Positions 1-8,887 of a DNA stretch of 64,000 nucleotides are shown piece by piece (position 1 is the first letter of the stretch; each line of letters opens with the position of its first letter). Origin of the DNA: Spirochaetia bacterium (GTDB taxonomy: Bacteria; Spirochaetota; Spirochaetia; CAKZLE01); NCBI GenBank assembly GCA_963677595.1, contig OY782041.1:2208001-2272000 (forward strand), written 5' to 3'. The notes under the pieces are model-generated. The model saw only the letters and a list, made by a program, of their open reading frames with translations, was not told the origin of the DNA and ran no database searches. The translations under genes were made by a program, and so were the position numbers.

Positions 1-1119
1 GAAGATCAAGAAATTATATATGGTGAGACAGAAAATCTTAATGCAAATGTTTTAAGTAGAAAAGGATATAGTTTTTCAGGGTGGTCAACCACACCTGATG
101 GGGGAATTGAGTATACAGACCAATCTGAGTTTACCATGGGATCAGCAGATTTAACACTCTATGCACAATGGGAAGCAAATGATTATATTATTTCATTTAA
201 TCCTGAAGGGGGTTCTTTAACAACCTCAAGTACAAAGATAGTTATCTATGATAATAATTATGGAGATTTACCAGAGACTTCGAAAATAGGGTATAGTTTT
301 TTAGGTTGGTGGTCAGAACCCCTTGGCGAAGGGTATGAAATAACAAATTCAACTTTAGTAAAGATTGAAGCGAATCATGAATTCTATGCATTATGGCAAG
401 CAAATACCTTTCTGGTAAGTTTTAATCCTGATAAAGGCAGTAATACAAATCCTATAAAAATTTCGGTAGCATTTGATTCTCTTTATGGTCCTTTACCAAT
501 TACTACTAGGGACGGATATGATTTTGGTGGTTGGTGGACAGGTGTAAATGGATCTGGTCTGGAAATTACAGAAGATTCAATAGTGTTAATAACAGAGGAC
601 ACAACACTATATGCAAATTGGAGTGTTGTTGGGAATTTAGGTCCTGCAGGTGGGGTTGTTTTTTACGATAAAGGGGTTTATATAGATGGTTGGAGATATC
701 TAGAATGTGCAACTTTGGGGTGGTATAAAGGAGGTAGTGACCCCTCAGTTGTATGGGGGAAGTTTGGGGCATATGTACAAAATACACAAACTGCAATTGG
801 GTATGGTGATTATAATACACAACGGATAATCAGTACAAATCAATTAAACTTGAGTATTTTTGCAGCAAAAATATGTGATGACTATTCTGTTATTAATGAT
901 GCTATTATCTATAATGATTGGTTTCTTCCTTCTAAGGATGAATTGGAATTGATGTACATCAATAGAGCGATTATTGGGAGTTTCTCTGCAGAAGCATATT
1001 GGAGTTCTTCAGAATTTGACTGTAATAGTGCTTGGATACAGGTATGGGATAGAAATTATCAATACTATAATTATAAAGATAAATTAAACTATGGGATAAG
1101 ACCAATAAGAGCTTACTAA
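1..1119 (+). CDS. Surface protein with InlB B-repeats (Listeria-Bacteroides repeats) and C-terminal DUF1566/Lcl-type (CLec-like) domain; 5' end lies outside the window
   Basis: Frame is open from base 1 (EDQEIIYGETENLNANVLSRKGYSFSGW...). Repeated P-x-x-x-K/R-x-GY-x-F-x-GW...TLYA-x-W units, then GPAGGVVFYDKG...GWRYLE, DWFLPSKDEL, YWSSSE...AW...IRPIRAY. Confidence 0.85.
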   Translation, partial: EDQEIIYGETENLNANVLSRKGYSFSGWSTTPDGGIEYTDQSEFTMGSADLTLYAQWEANDYIISFNPEGGSLTTSSTKIVIYDNNYGDLPETSKIGYSFLGWWSEPLGEGYEITNSTLVKIEANHEFYALWQANTFLVSFNPDKGSNTNPIKISVAFDSLYGPLPITTRDGYDFGGWWTGVNGSGLEITEDSIVLITEDTTLYANWSVVGNLGPAGGVVFYDKGVYIDGWRYLECATLGWYKGGSDPSVVWGKFGAYVQNTQTAIGYGDYNTQRIISTNQLNLSIFAAKICDDYSVINDAIIYNDWFLPSKDELELMYINRAIIGSFSAEAYWSSSEFDCNSAWIQVWDRNYQYYNYKDKLNYGIRPIRAY

Positions 1120-1201
1120 AAGTGTTATCAAAATGAAGAACAAAATCTGTATCAATTACGTCCATGAAACACATCTTAAGTAGACAAAATTGATACAATT
1201 C

Positions 1202-1240
1202 AGAAAAGCCGGTTTCTCTTAGTGAAGATCGGTTTTTTCT
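1202..1240 (+). terminator. Probable intrinsic terminator
   Basis: Imperfect hairpin AAAAGCCGGTT...GATCGGTTTTTT ending in a T-run, downstream of the CDS stop. Confidence 0.55.
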
Positions 1241-1355
1241 ATATCTTTTCCGTTTGTTCTTTCCCTATCCCCCAGATTTCCTCACTGAACCAAAAAAAAG
1301 AAAGAGGCATTTTGCAGGTTACATATTAGTATTGTTCTAGGAATCTGCATATGGG

Positions 1356-1369
1356 TGAATACGTATACA
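1356..1369. promoter_or_regulatory. LacI-type operator TGAATACGTATACA
   Basis: Near-palindrome with central CG, repeated at 1455, 3448 and 5836. Confidence 0.75.
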
Positions 1370-1417
1370 AGATTGTGGTAATTTGGTTGTATTTTTAGAA
1401 AAATACAAAAAATAAGT

Positions 1418-1446
1418 TTGACAATCATGGTATTCAATGGTAATGT
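1418..1446 (+). promoter_or_regulatory. Sigma70 promoter of the TRAP operon
   Basis: TTGACA-17 bp-TAATGT, with the operator just downstream. Confidence 0.65.
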
Positions 1447-1454
1447 TCAGTTAA

Positions 1455-1468
1455 TGAATACGTATACA
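1455..1468. promoter_or_regulatory. LacI-type operator TGAATACGTATACA
   Basis: Identical to the 1356 site; lies at the expected transcription start. Confidence 0.8.
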
Positions 1469-1512
1469 TTACAAATTGCAGTTATGTATTCTGATTTCAA
1501 AAGGAGAGAGTT

Positions 1513-2121
1513 GTGATAAAAAACATATTCAAATGGTTGGATATTAACTTTGAACCTGTTTGTATGGCAGTCTTGTTCTATGCAATCACGTTACTGGTTA
1601 CCCTACAGGTTATCCTGCGATTTGTATTCTCAACCGGGTTTTCTTGGGGCGAAGAGGTTGCAAGGTTCCTGTTTGTCTGGTTGATGTATTTCAGTATTGC
1701 CTATGCCACACGCAATCAACGGCATATCAGGGTGGCGTTCCTGGTCCAGAGATTCGGGGAAAAGGGTCATAAGATCTTTCTGATTCTGGGAGACATCATC
1801 TTTTTGATTTTCTCAGTGTTTATTTTCCTTTCTGCCATCAAAGTCTGTCAGTCAGTCTTCAAGTACCAGGATATGGCAGTAACCATCAATGTGTCGCTGA
1901 ATATTGTGTACGCTGCAGGGGTAGTTGGATTCTTCCTGATCCTTATCAGGCTTGTCCAGTCTATCATCTGGAAGATCAGGCACTTCAGTGATTCCATGGA
2001 TGTGTTCGAGAACTATGCAGGTGTCTATTCCGGTGCTGACAATGTCTTCTTCTTCCAGAAAACGAAGTTGAAGGAAGCCGCTTCGACAGAACCTGCTGAA
2101 TTACAGAGGGAGGCTGAGTAA
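1513..2121 (+). CDS. dctQ: TRAP transporter small permease
   Basis: Four TM segments, LQVILRFVF, W-x-EEVARFLFVW, H-I-x-V motif; AAGGAG RBS; overlaps dctM. Confidence 0.9.
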   Translation: MIKNIFKWLDINFEPVCMAVLFYAITLLVTLQVILRFVFSTGFSWGEEVARFLFVWLMYFSIAYATRNQRHIRVAFLVQRFGEKGHKIFLILGDIIFLIFSVFIFLSAIKVCQSVFKYQDMAVTINVSLNIVYAAGVVGFFLILIRLVQSIIWKIRHFSDSMDVFENYAGVYSGADNVFFFQKTKLKEAASTEPAELQREAE

Positions 2122-3407
2122 TGGTCGGATTATTATTTGGTTCTTTGATACTGATGCTGCTGCTTTCGGTACCAATCGGTATCTCATTGGGTGCAGCTTC
2201 CATGCTCACGATTTTTACTACAGATCCTATCAGTCTTGAGTCCTTCACACAGACAATGATTCAGGGACTGAACTCATTCCCGCTCATGGCAGTACCGCTA
2301 TTTACTTTTGCCGGTGATATCATGGGTAAGGGAGGAATCTCCAAGAGACTATTGAATGTGACGGGCATCATGTTCGGTCGATTCAAGGGGGGGCTCGGCG
2401 TCGTTTCTATCGTTGCCTGTCTGTTCTTTGCTGCGATCTCAGGTACCGGTTCTGCAACAGTAGCGGCTATCGGACTGATCATGATCCCGAATATGGTGGA
2501 TAAGGGATATGACAGGACCTTCTCAGGAGCTTTGATTGCAACAGCTGGAACCGTAGGAGTTATCATCCCGCCAAGTATCTGTATGGTCATTTATGCTGTT
2601 GCTTCCGGAGTATCAGTTACCGGTATGTTCATGGCCGGGATCGGTCCTGGTATTCTTGTAGGAATTGCTTTGGCAGTCTATACCGTGATCTACTCCACAA
2701 GAAAAGGATATGAAGGGGATCCGAAAAGGTACTCAGTCAAGGAAGTAGTTACGATCTTTGTTGATGCTATCCCGGCACTGCTGGTTCCTGTTATCGTCCT
2801 GGGAGGTATCTACGGTGGAGTTTTCACTCCGACAGAGGCTGCTGCCGTTGCCGCAGTATATGGAATCATTGTAAGCGTGTTCGTCTATAAGGAAGTCAAG
2901 ATCAAGGAATTACCCCAGATCGGATTCAATTCAGCGCTCCTGTGTGCAGCAGTGCTTGTTATCATCGGTATTTCAGCAGGGTTCGGGCGAATTCTTACGA
3001 TTACCGGGATCCCTGTGACCATAGCGAACTTCATCTTGGACATTACTCAGAGCAAGTTCCTGATCCTTCTTTTCATCAATATCATGTTGCTGATCGTAGG
3101 GACATTCATGGAGACCAATGCATCTATCATCATCCTGGTCCCGATCTTGCTGCCGGTAGTGACAGCACTTGGGGTCAATCCTATCCACTTCGGTGTGATC
3201 ATGGTACTCAACCTTGCGATCGGATTCGTCACACCTCCGTTAGGGGCGAACCTCTTCATGGCATGCCAGATCGGCCGTATCAAATTCGATGATATTGCCA
3301 GATCTATCGTACCCTGGATCCTTGTCATGATCGTGGTCCTGATGTTGGTGACCTATATCCCGGTAATCACATTGGGATTACCCAAGTTGATGGGTATCCC
3401 GGTCTGA
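2121..3407 (+). CDS. dctM: TRAP transporter large permease
   Basis: FPLMAVPLF, FFAAISGTGSATVAAIG, IIPPS, GGIYGGVFTPTEAAAVA, TPPLGANLF motifs. Confidence 0.95.
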   Translation: MVGLLFGSLILMLLLSVPIGISLGAASMLTIFTTDPISLESFTQTMIQGLNSFPLMAVPLFTFAGDIMGKGGISKRLLNVTGIMFGRFKGGLGVVSIVACLFFAAISGTGSATVAAIGLIMIPNMVDKGYDRTFSGALIATAGTVGVIIPPSICMVIYAVASGVSVTGMFMAGIGPGILVGIALAVYTVIYSTRKGYEGDPKRYSVKEVVTIFVDAIPALLVPVIVLGGIYGGVFTPTEAAAVAAVYGIIVSVFVYKEVKIKELPQIGFNSALLCAAVLVIIGISAGFGRILTITGIPVTIANFILDITQSKFLILLFINIMLLIVGTFMETNASIIILVPILLPVVTALGVNPIHFGVIMVLNLAIGFVTPPLGANLFMACQIGRIKFDDIARSIVPWILVMIVVLMLVTYIPVITLGLPKLMGIPV

Positions 3408-3447
3408 CCGGGAACCGCTGATTATAATAGTGTTAATCGTCAGAACT

Positions 3448-3461
3448 TGTATACGTATACA
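3448..3461. promoter_or_regulatory. LacI-type operator TGTATACGTATACA, internal and upstream of dctP
   Basis: Perfect 14-bp palindrome; TATAAT at 3423-3428 just upstream. Confidence 0.8.
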
Positions 3462-3510
3462 TTTTCTGAAAGGACAGTATGTCCTTAGATAAAAAATGGA
3501 GGAGAGAATT

Positions 3511-4527
3511 ATGAAGAAAATGCTAGGAATCATGTTAGTACTGCTCATGGTAGCCATGACAGGGCTGGTCGCAAACGGACAGCAGGAAGGTGCAGCAGAG
3601 AAGATCGTGATCAAGTTAGGACATGATAATAATGTACAGACACCTGGACATGCAGCATTCGTCAAATTTAAAGAGATCGTAGAGACAGAATCAGAAGGTC
3701 GGATAGAAGTTAAGATCTTCCCCGGTGGACAGCTTGGATCCGTACAGGATATGTTCGAGCAAACTCGACGAGGTGACCTTGACATGAGTGTTGGGGCAAC
3801 CACACTGTTCACACAGACCATTCCTGAATTTGCTGTATGGGATTCATTCTATATGTTTGATGATGCAGCGCATGCTCACAGAGTCCTTGACGGCAAGGCT
3901 GGACAGGAGTTGATGAAACCCCTTGATAAGATGAATCTTGTTGGACTGGGGTACATGGAGATCGGATTCAGGAATTTCTCGAACTCTAAACGACCGATCG
4001 TGAATCCTGCGGATGTGAAGGGATTGAAGATTCGAGGTTACAGCCCGATGCAGATTGCAGCCTGGGAATCTGTAGGATGTTCTCTTACCAACCTCTCATG
4101 GTCGGAAGTGTTCACATCACTTCAGCAAAATCTGATCGACGGTCAGGAATGTGCCACAACAAGCTTCTACAGCGCTAAATTCTATGAAGCACAGAAATAC
4201 TGGTCTCTCACACGCCATGTATACACCAACTGGCTGTGGTATGCAAATAAAGATTTCATGAATGGTCTTTCTGAAGCTGATCGGGCACTAGTTGAGAGCG
4301 CTGCGAAGAGAGCAATCGATGAGGATAGAAAACTAATGGCTGCTGCTGAGAAAGAGACCCTTGATAAGCTCCCAGGACTTGGAATCGAAGTGCAGGAAGT
4401 ACCGCTTGAGACGAGGCTTGCAATGGGTAAAACAATGAATGCGGCAGTAGGTGATCAGATCATCGCTAAGTGCGGACAGGATATCTATGACATGGTCATG
4501 GAAGAGATCAAGAAAGAGCGACAGTAA
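3511..4527 (+). CDS. dctP: TRAP transporter substrate-binding protein
   Basis: Signal peptide, FPGGQLG, GFRNF, KGLKIR (carboxylate-binding Arg), SEVFTSLQQNLIDGQE; GGAGGAG RBS favours ATG 3511. Confidence 0.93.
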   Translation: MKKMLGIMLVLLMVAMTGLVANGQQEGAAEKIVIKLGHDNNVQTPGHAAFVKFKEIVETESEGRIEVKIFPGGQLGSVQDMFEQTRRGDLDMSVGATTLFTQTIPEFAVWDSFYMFDDAAHAHRVLDGKAGQELMKPLDKMNLVGLGYMEIGFRNFSNSKRPIVNPADVKGLKIRGYSPMQIAAWESVGCSLTNLSWSEVFTSLQQNLIDGQECATTSFYSAKFYEAQKYWSLTRHVYTNWLWYANKDFMNGLSEADRALVESAAKRAIDEDRKLMAAAEKETLDKLPGLGIEVQEVPLETRLAMGKTMNAAVGDQIIAKCGQDIYDMVMEEIKKERQ

Positions 4528-4542
4528 CGTAAAGTATGTATG

Positions 4543-4577
4543 CCCGTATCCTTTCAAGATGACAGAAGGGATACGGG
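4543..4577 (+). terminator. Stem-loop after dctP (terminator or mRNA stabiliser)
   Basis: CCCGTATCCTTTC / GAAGGGATACGGG 13-bp stem; no clear U-tract. Confidence 0.55.
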
Positions 4578-4726
4578 AAGAGAAATGGTCAGCTGAGCCT
4601 GGAATAGATGAAATTACATAGGGCTTACGGGTACAGGCTCAGTTAGTTTGAGTTAAAGGCATGAATTTTTCCTCCTACTATATAGCCGTTTTAGTGAAGA
4701 TAGTGTAGCATAGAGGTGATTTTTTG

Positions 4727-5785
4727 ATGGAAGTAAAGAGAAAGATGGTCAAAAGGAAAACCAGACAGCGTAGGGTCTCTTCAGTTGATGTTGCTAAAGA
4801 GGCTGGTGTTTCACAGGCAACAGTATCCCGTGTCTTCAACAACAAGAAGGGCACGAATGTATCGGAGGAAACTGTTGAGAAGATCATGGCTGCAGCGAAA
4901 AAACTCAATTACCGTCCATCTGTTATTGCCAGGAGTCTGCAGGAGAACTCAACCAATATCATCGGGATCATAAATCGAAGATTCGACAGCTCCTTCCATA
5001 TGAAGTCGTTGGATCTGTTCTCGCAGGAGCTTCAGAAATTAGGATATTCAACATTGCTGTTGAATCTCCCTTCAGACGGGAGCATGGATTCAGCCCTTCA
5101 TAAGGCACTAGAATACCAGGTGGATGGGATTATCCTGACTTCTGTCAAGCTCTCCTCCCATCTGGTTGAGGAATGTATTCACTACGATACGCCAGTTGTG
5201 CAGTTCAACCGATATTCAATCTATCAGGATGTTGATTCCGTATGTCTTGATAACTATAAGGCTAGTGCAGAAGTTGGCAATTATCTTGTCGAGACAGGAC
5301 ATACAAAGATCGCGTATGTTTCAGGTAATGCTGAATCCTCCACAAGTATCGATCGTAAGAAAGGGTTGGAACACAGTCTTCAGCGTGTCGACCTTCCTAT
5401 ATATTGTGAGCATATTGGAAGATTGACCCATGAATCGGGCTGTGACGCAGCTGATGTATTCTTTAAGGATAAAGACAAAGCTGATTGGCCAGATGCAGTC
5501 TTCTGTATCACGGATGATGTGGCTACTGGGTTTATTGACCAGGCCCGAAGCGTATATGGTGTGAAGATACCAGAAGATGTATCTATTGTCGGGTTCGATG
5601 ATGCTCCGATTTCCAGGTGGCCGCAATATGACCTGACAACTGTCTCACAGCCGATTGAGACGATGGTGCTTGATGCCCTGGAGATCCTTCTGGATCTGAT
5701 CCAGTTTGAGAAATCCGGAGTTATTAAGAAGATGATACCTGGTACTCTCGTAAAGAGATCTACTGTCAAAGAGAGAAATAAATAA
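4727..5785 (+). CDS. LacI-family transcriptional regulator
   Basis: SVDVAKEAGVSQATVSRVFN HTH, YRPSVIARSL hinge, IPEDVSIVGFDD, LTTVSQP. Confidence 0.95.
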   Translation: MEVKRKMVKRKTRQRRVSSVDVAKEAGVSQATVSRVFNNKKGTNVSEETVEKIMAAAKKLNYRPSVIARSLQENSTNIIGIINRRFDSSFHMKSLDLFSQELQKLGYSTLLLNLPSDGSMDSALHKALEYQVDGIILTSVKLSSHLVEECIHYDTPVVQFNRYSIYQDVDSVCLDNYKASAEVGNYLVETGHTKIAYVSGNAESSTSIDRKKGLEHSLQRVDLPIYCEHIGRLTHESGCDAADVFFKDKDKADWPDAVFCITDDVATGFIDQARSVYGVKIPEDVSIVGFDDAPISRWPQYDLTTVSQPIETMVLDALEILLDLIQFEKSGVIKKMIPGTLVKRSTVKERNK

Positions 5786-5835
5786 ATTCATGATGTGATT
5801 ATGGAACGTGGGAAAGAGAGTTTTACTAAATACGA

Positions 5836-5849
5836 TGTATACGTATACA
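5836..5849. promoter_or_regulatory. LacI-type operator TGTATACGTATACA upstream of the catabolic operon
   Basis: Perfect palindrome, extending to ATGTATACGTATACAT. Confidence 0.8.
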
Positions 5850-5881
5850 TTGTGTTGTTTGATGATTACAAGGAGAAGTAA

Positions 5882-6928
5882 ATGAAAAAGAGCTATTTTC
5901 ACCGAGTGACAGAACAGAGCCCGACACGGTTCTGGATCAATAACGTGACTCGAGAAGAGGCGGATGTGGCCCTTGAGGCAGGTGCAGTCGGCTGTACCCA
6001 GAACCCGTCATATGTCTACAAGATGCTCGTGCATGAAAAAGAGCAGGCATATGCCTACGGGAAGCTGGATGCGATCCTGGCAGAGGAATCAGACGATGAG
6101 ATGGTACAGGAGATTCTCCAGCAGCAGTTGGTAGGTGAGGTGGCCAAACACTTCCTCCCGCTGTTTGAGGCATCGAAGGGCCGGTACGGGTATGTTAGCG
6201 TACAGGGGAACCCCTTCAAGGAGGATGTCGGGAACATCATCCGTAATGCCCGGATGAACCGGGAAGCCGGGCCGAACATCATGGCGAAAGTCCCGGTGAC
6301 CGAGGATGGACTGAAAGCGATCGAGGTCCTGATCGCAGAAGGGACCCCTATCAACGCCACCGAGGTGATGGGTGTGAGACAGGCGATGGATGTCTGTGAT
6401 GTCTATGACAAGGCAGCGTCAACGATGGAGAACCCGCCGGCAGTCTTCTTCTCACATATCACGGGGATCTATGATGAGTACTTGCAGGGGTATGTGAAGG
6501 AGAAGGGCATCGAGATCAGTGAGGATGTGATGTGGCAGGCCGGGATGGTCATCGCGAAGAAGGTGTACAAACTGACGAAGGAGCGGAACAGTGGGGTCGG
6601 CTTCATCGGCGGCGGGGCCAGGGGGCTGCAGCACTTCACCGAGATGGTGGGAGCTGACTGCAATATCACGATCAACTGGAAAGGGACCGCGGACAAGCTG
6701 ATCGAGCAGGACGGCCCGGTGGTTGACCGGTTCCATACCCCGGTGGCTGAAAGCGTTCTCGATGAACTGCTTGAGAAGGTAGAGGATTTCGCGAGAGGGT
6801 GGAAGATCAACGGACTGAGCCCGGAAGAGTATGAGGAGTTCGGACCGGTCGTGCTGTTCAGGAACTCCTTCGAGAAGAACTGGAGCCAGGCTCGGGAGCT
6901 GATCAGGAAAAGAAGATCTGAGAAATAA
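5882..6928 (+). CDS. Transaldolase-family protein (atypical)
   Basis: GCTQNPS, YVSVQGNP, MAKVPVT (Schiff-base Lys), INATE. Confidence 0.8.
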   Translation: MKKSYFHRVTEQSPTRFWINNVTREEADVALEAGAVGCTQNPSYVYKMLVHEKEQAYAYGKLDAILAEESDDEMVQEILQQQLVGEVAKHFLPLFEASKGRYGYVSVQGNPFKEDVGNIIRNARMNREAGPNIMAKVPVTEDGLKAIEVLIAEGTPINATEVMGVRQAMDVCDVYDKAASTMENPPAVFFSHITGIYDEYLQGYVKEKGIEISEDVMWQAGMVIAKKVYKLTKERNSGVGFIGGGARGLQHFTEMVGADCNITINWKGTADKLIEQDGPVVDRFHTPVAESVLDELLEKVEDFARGWKINGLSPEEYEEFGPVVLFRNSFEKNWSQARELIRKRRSEK

Positions 6929-6983
6929 TATGTCACCAATGACATGAAGAAACATAAACACATAGATTTTTTAGGAGAGAAAT

Positions 6984-7895
6984 ATGAAGAAACAGAATAC
7001 ATTCAAGATGAACAAAAGAGACTCAGTCTGGTTCCAGGAGAACAGTGCCCATGTGAATGCAGCATATGCGAAAGAAGTATGTGATGTGGCGATCCTTCCA
7101 ATCGGTGCAATCGAGCAGCATGGAGCGCACTGTCCATGCGGAATGGACTCCTACAATGCAATTGGTATTGCTGAGAAGGTGGCAGAGGCAACAGGTGCTA
7201 TGTGTCTTCCCAGTCCGATGTATGGTTCACATCCACACCACCATTGGGGAATGCCAGGGACTATCCCCCTTCAGTTTGAGACACATATTGCCCTGCTGAT
7301 GGATATCATCAGGGGGGCTGCAGTATGTGGTTACAACAAGTTCATCATCATTTCGGCTCACGGTCAGGTATCATCAACGATCGTGGCAGTACATAAACTT
7401 GGGATCGAAGGACTCTTCACCATCTCATCAACATGGTATGACTTCCTGCGGGACAACAAGACTGTATTGAAGGATTATATGTGGCATGCGGATGAAGCTG
7501 AAACATCAGTCGGACTGTATCTCTACCCGGATCTGATCCAGATGGACCTTGCAGAAGCAGGTGGCGGGAAAGGACTGGTCGATTCATCATGGAAGATCGC
7601 TCCCGGTGAGGCGGCACTTCCTGGAATGCTCTACCACTTCGAGGGTACGTTTGCGCTCCCTGAAAAAGATGATCTTGAAAACGGTGTAATCGGTGACCCG
7701 ACAAATGCGACAAGGGAGAAGGGTGAGGAACTGATCGAAGGTGTCGTCTCTTACTATTCAAGACTTGTTGAGGAGATAAAGAGTAAGTATGCGGTTGGTA
7801 TCAACCCGCTCGGTTTCAGGAATCCGAATGGATACAACACAACTGCTGACATCGTGTATGACAAGGATCATGATGAGAAAGGGCAGCTGAAATAA
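6984..7895 (+). CDS. Creatininase-family amidohydrolase/hydrolase
   Basis: LPIGAIEQHGAH, D-x-x-x-A, YGSHPHHH..PGTI, SAHG, HADEAETS, GVIGDPTNATREKGEE. Confidence 0.88.
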   Translation: MKKQNTFKMNKRDSVWFQENSAHVNAAYAKEVCDVAILPIGAIEQHGAHCPCGMDSYNAIGIAEKVAEATGAMCLPSPMYGSHPHHHWGMPGTIPLQFETHIALLMDIIRGAAVCGYNKFIIISAHGQVSSTIVAVHKLGIEGLFTISSTWYDFLRDNKTVLKDYMWHADEAETSVGLYLYPDLIQMDLAEAGGGKGLVDSSWKIAPGEAALPGMLYHFEGTFALPEKDDLENGVIGDPTNATREKGEELIEGVVSYYSRLVEEIKSKYAVGINPLGFRNPNGYNTTADIVYDKDHDEKGQLK

Positions 7896-7913
7896 GTGCA
7901 GGTAATGACTGAT

Positions 7914-7950
7914 TCTCTGCTGGGCAGGAAGGATATTCTTGCTCGGTAGA
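7914..7950 (+). other. Intercistronic stem-loop
   Basis: CTCTGCTGGGCAGGAA / TTCTTGCTCGGTAGAG 16-bp stem with G-U pairs. Confidence 0.45.
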
Positions 7951-7989
7951 GACAGCTGTCGGGTTGATTCCGATGAGGAAGATGAATCA

Positions 7990-8865
7990 ATGAATCACAC
8001 TGTCTTAATTGATAAGATCATAACAGATAAACTACCGTTCTTTGCTAAACATCCTAAAATTGAAAAACTTGTCGGTGGGTTCCGGTTTGTAGAAGGGCCA
8101 GTCTGGATTGCTGAAGAGAAGAGACTTATCTTCAGTGATATACCGGGGAATGCCATCTACAGCTGGCAAGAGGAAGCAGGTCTCTCGATGCTGAAACCGA
8201 ACAGTTATCTTGCGAACGGGAATACCCTGGACCCCTACGGGAATCTGATCAGCTGTGAACATGGCACCAGCAGGATCACTGCCACGGACCTGAAGACCGG
8301 TCGGTATAGTATCCTTGCTGATTCTTTTGACGGTAAGTCGTTGAACAGTCCGAATGATGTTGTAGCCAGGTCAGACGGGAGTATGTACTTTACTGATCCG
8401 ATCCCTGGTCGACAGCCGAGAGTTGGTATTCCAAGGACTCCGGAATTACCCTTTTGCGGCATCTATCGATACGATGACAAGACTGCGTACCTCTATCTGC
8501 TTGATGACACCTTCACCACACCGAACGGGCTCTGCTTCTCGGATGATGAGAAGAGACTGTATGTGAATGACTCGGCAGACGGAAGCATCTCTGTATTCGA
8601 CGTCGATGAGAAGGGAATGCTGAAAAACAGGATAAGGTGGTCCTGTGTGCAAGGTGACGGGCCGGGATGCGCTGATGGGATGAAGTTCCATCCGAGCGGG
8701 CATATCTTCTGTACAGGACCTGGAGGGATATATCTGCTGAATCCTGGGGGGAATATTGTCTGCAGGTTGAAGATGCCGGAAGTAGCAGCGAATCTGACGT
8801 TCAATGAGGATTACTCAGCAATATACGTTACGGCAACCTCTTCAATCTACCGGATCAGACTGTAG
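7990..8865 (+). CDS. SMP-30/gluconolactonase-family lactonase
   Basis: FVEGPVW, FSDIP, ANGN, LNSPND, YFTDP, PNGLCFS, ADGM; ATG 7990 preferred start. Confidence 0.92.
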   Translation: MNHTVLIDKIITDKLPFFAKHPKIEKLVGGFRFVEGPVWIAEEKRLIFSDIPGNAIYSWQEEAGLSMLKPNSYLANGNTLDPYGNLISCEHGTSRITATDLKTGRYSILADSFDGKSLNSPNDVVARSDGSMYFTDPIPGRQPRVGIPRTPELPFCGIYRYDDKTAYLYLLDDTFTTPNGLCFSDDEKRLYVNDSADGSISVFDVDEKGMLKNRIRWSCVQGDGPGCADGMKFHPSGHIFCTGPGGIYLLNPGGNIVCRLKMPEVAANLTFNEDYSAIYVTATSSIYRIRL

Positions 8866-8887
8866 CACATAAGATAAGGAGAACGTT

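Noticed and set aside
1120-1240. Possible integron attC site after the AT-rich first gene
   Set aside because: No RYYYAAC/GTTRRRY core pair or L-box geometry was found, and no integrase is in the window
1-1300. Complete diversity-generating retroelement
   Set aside because: No template repeat, avd or reverse transcriptase is in the window; kept only as a candidate target
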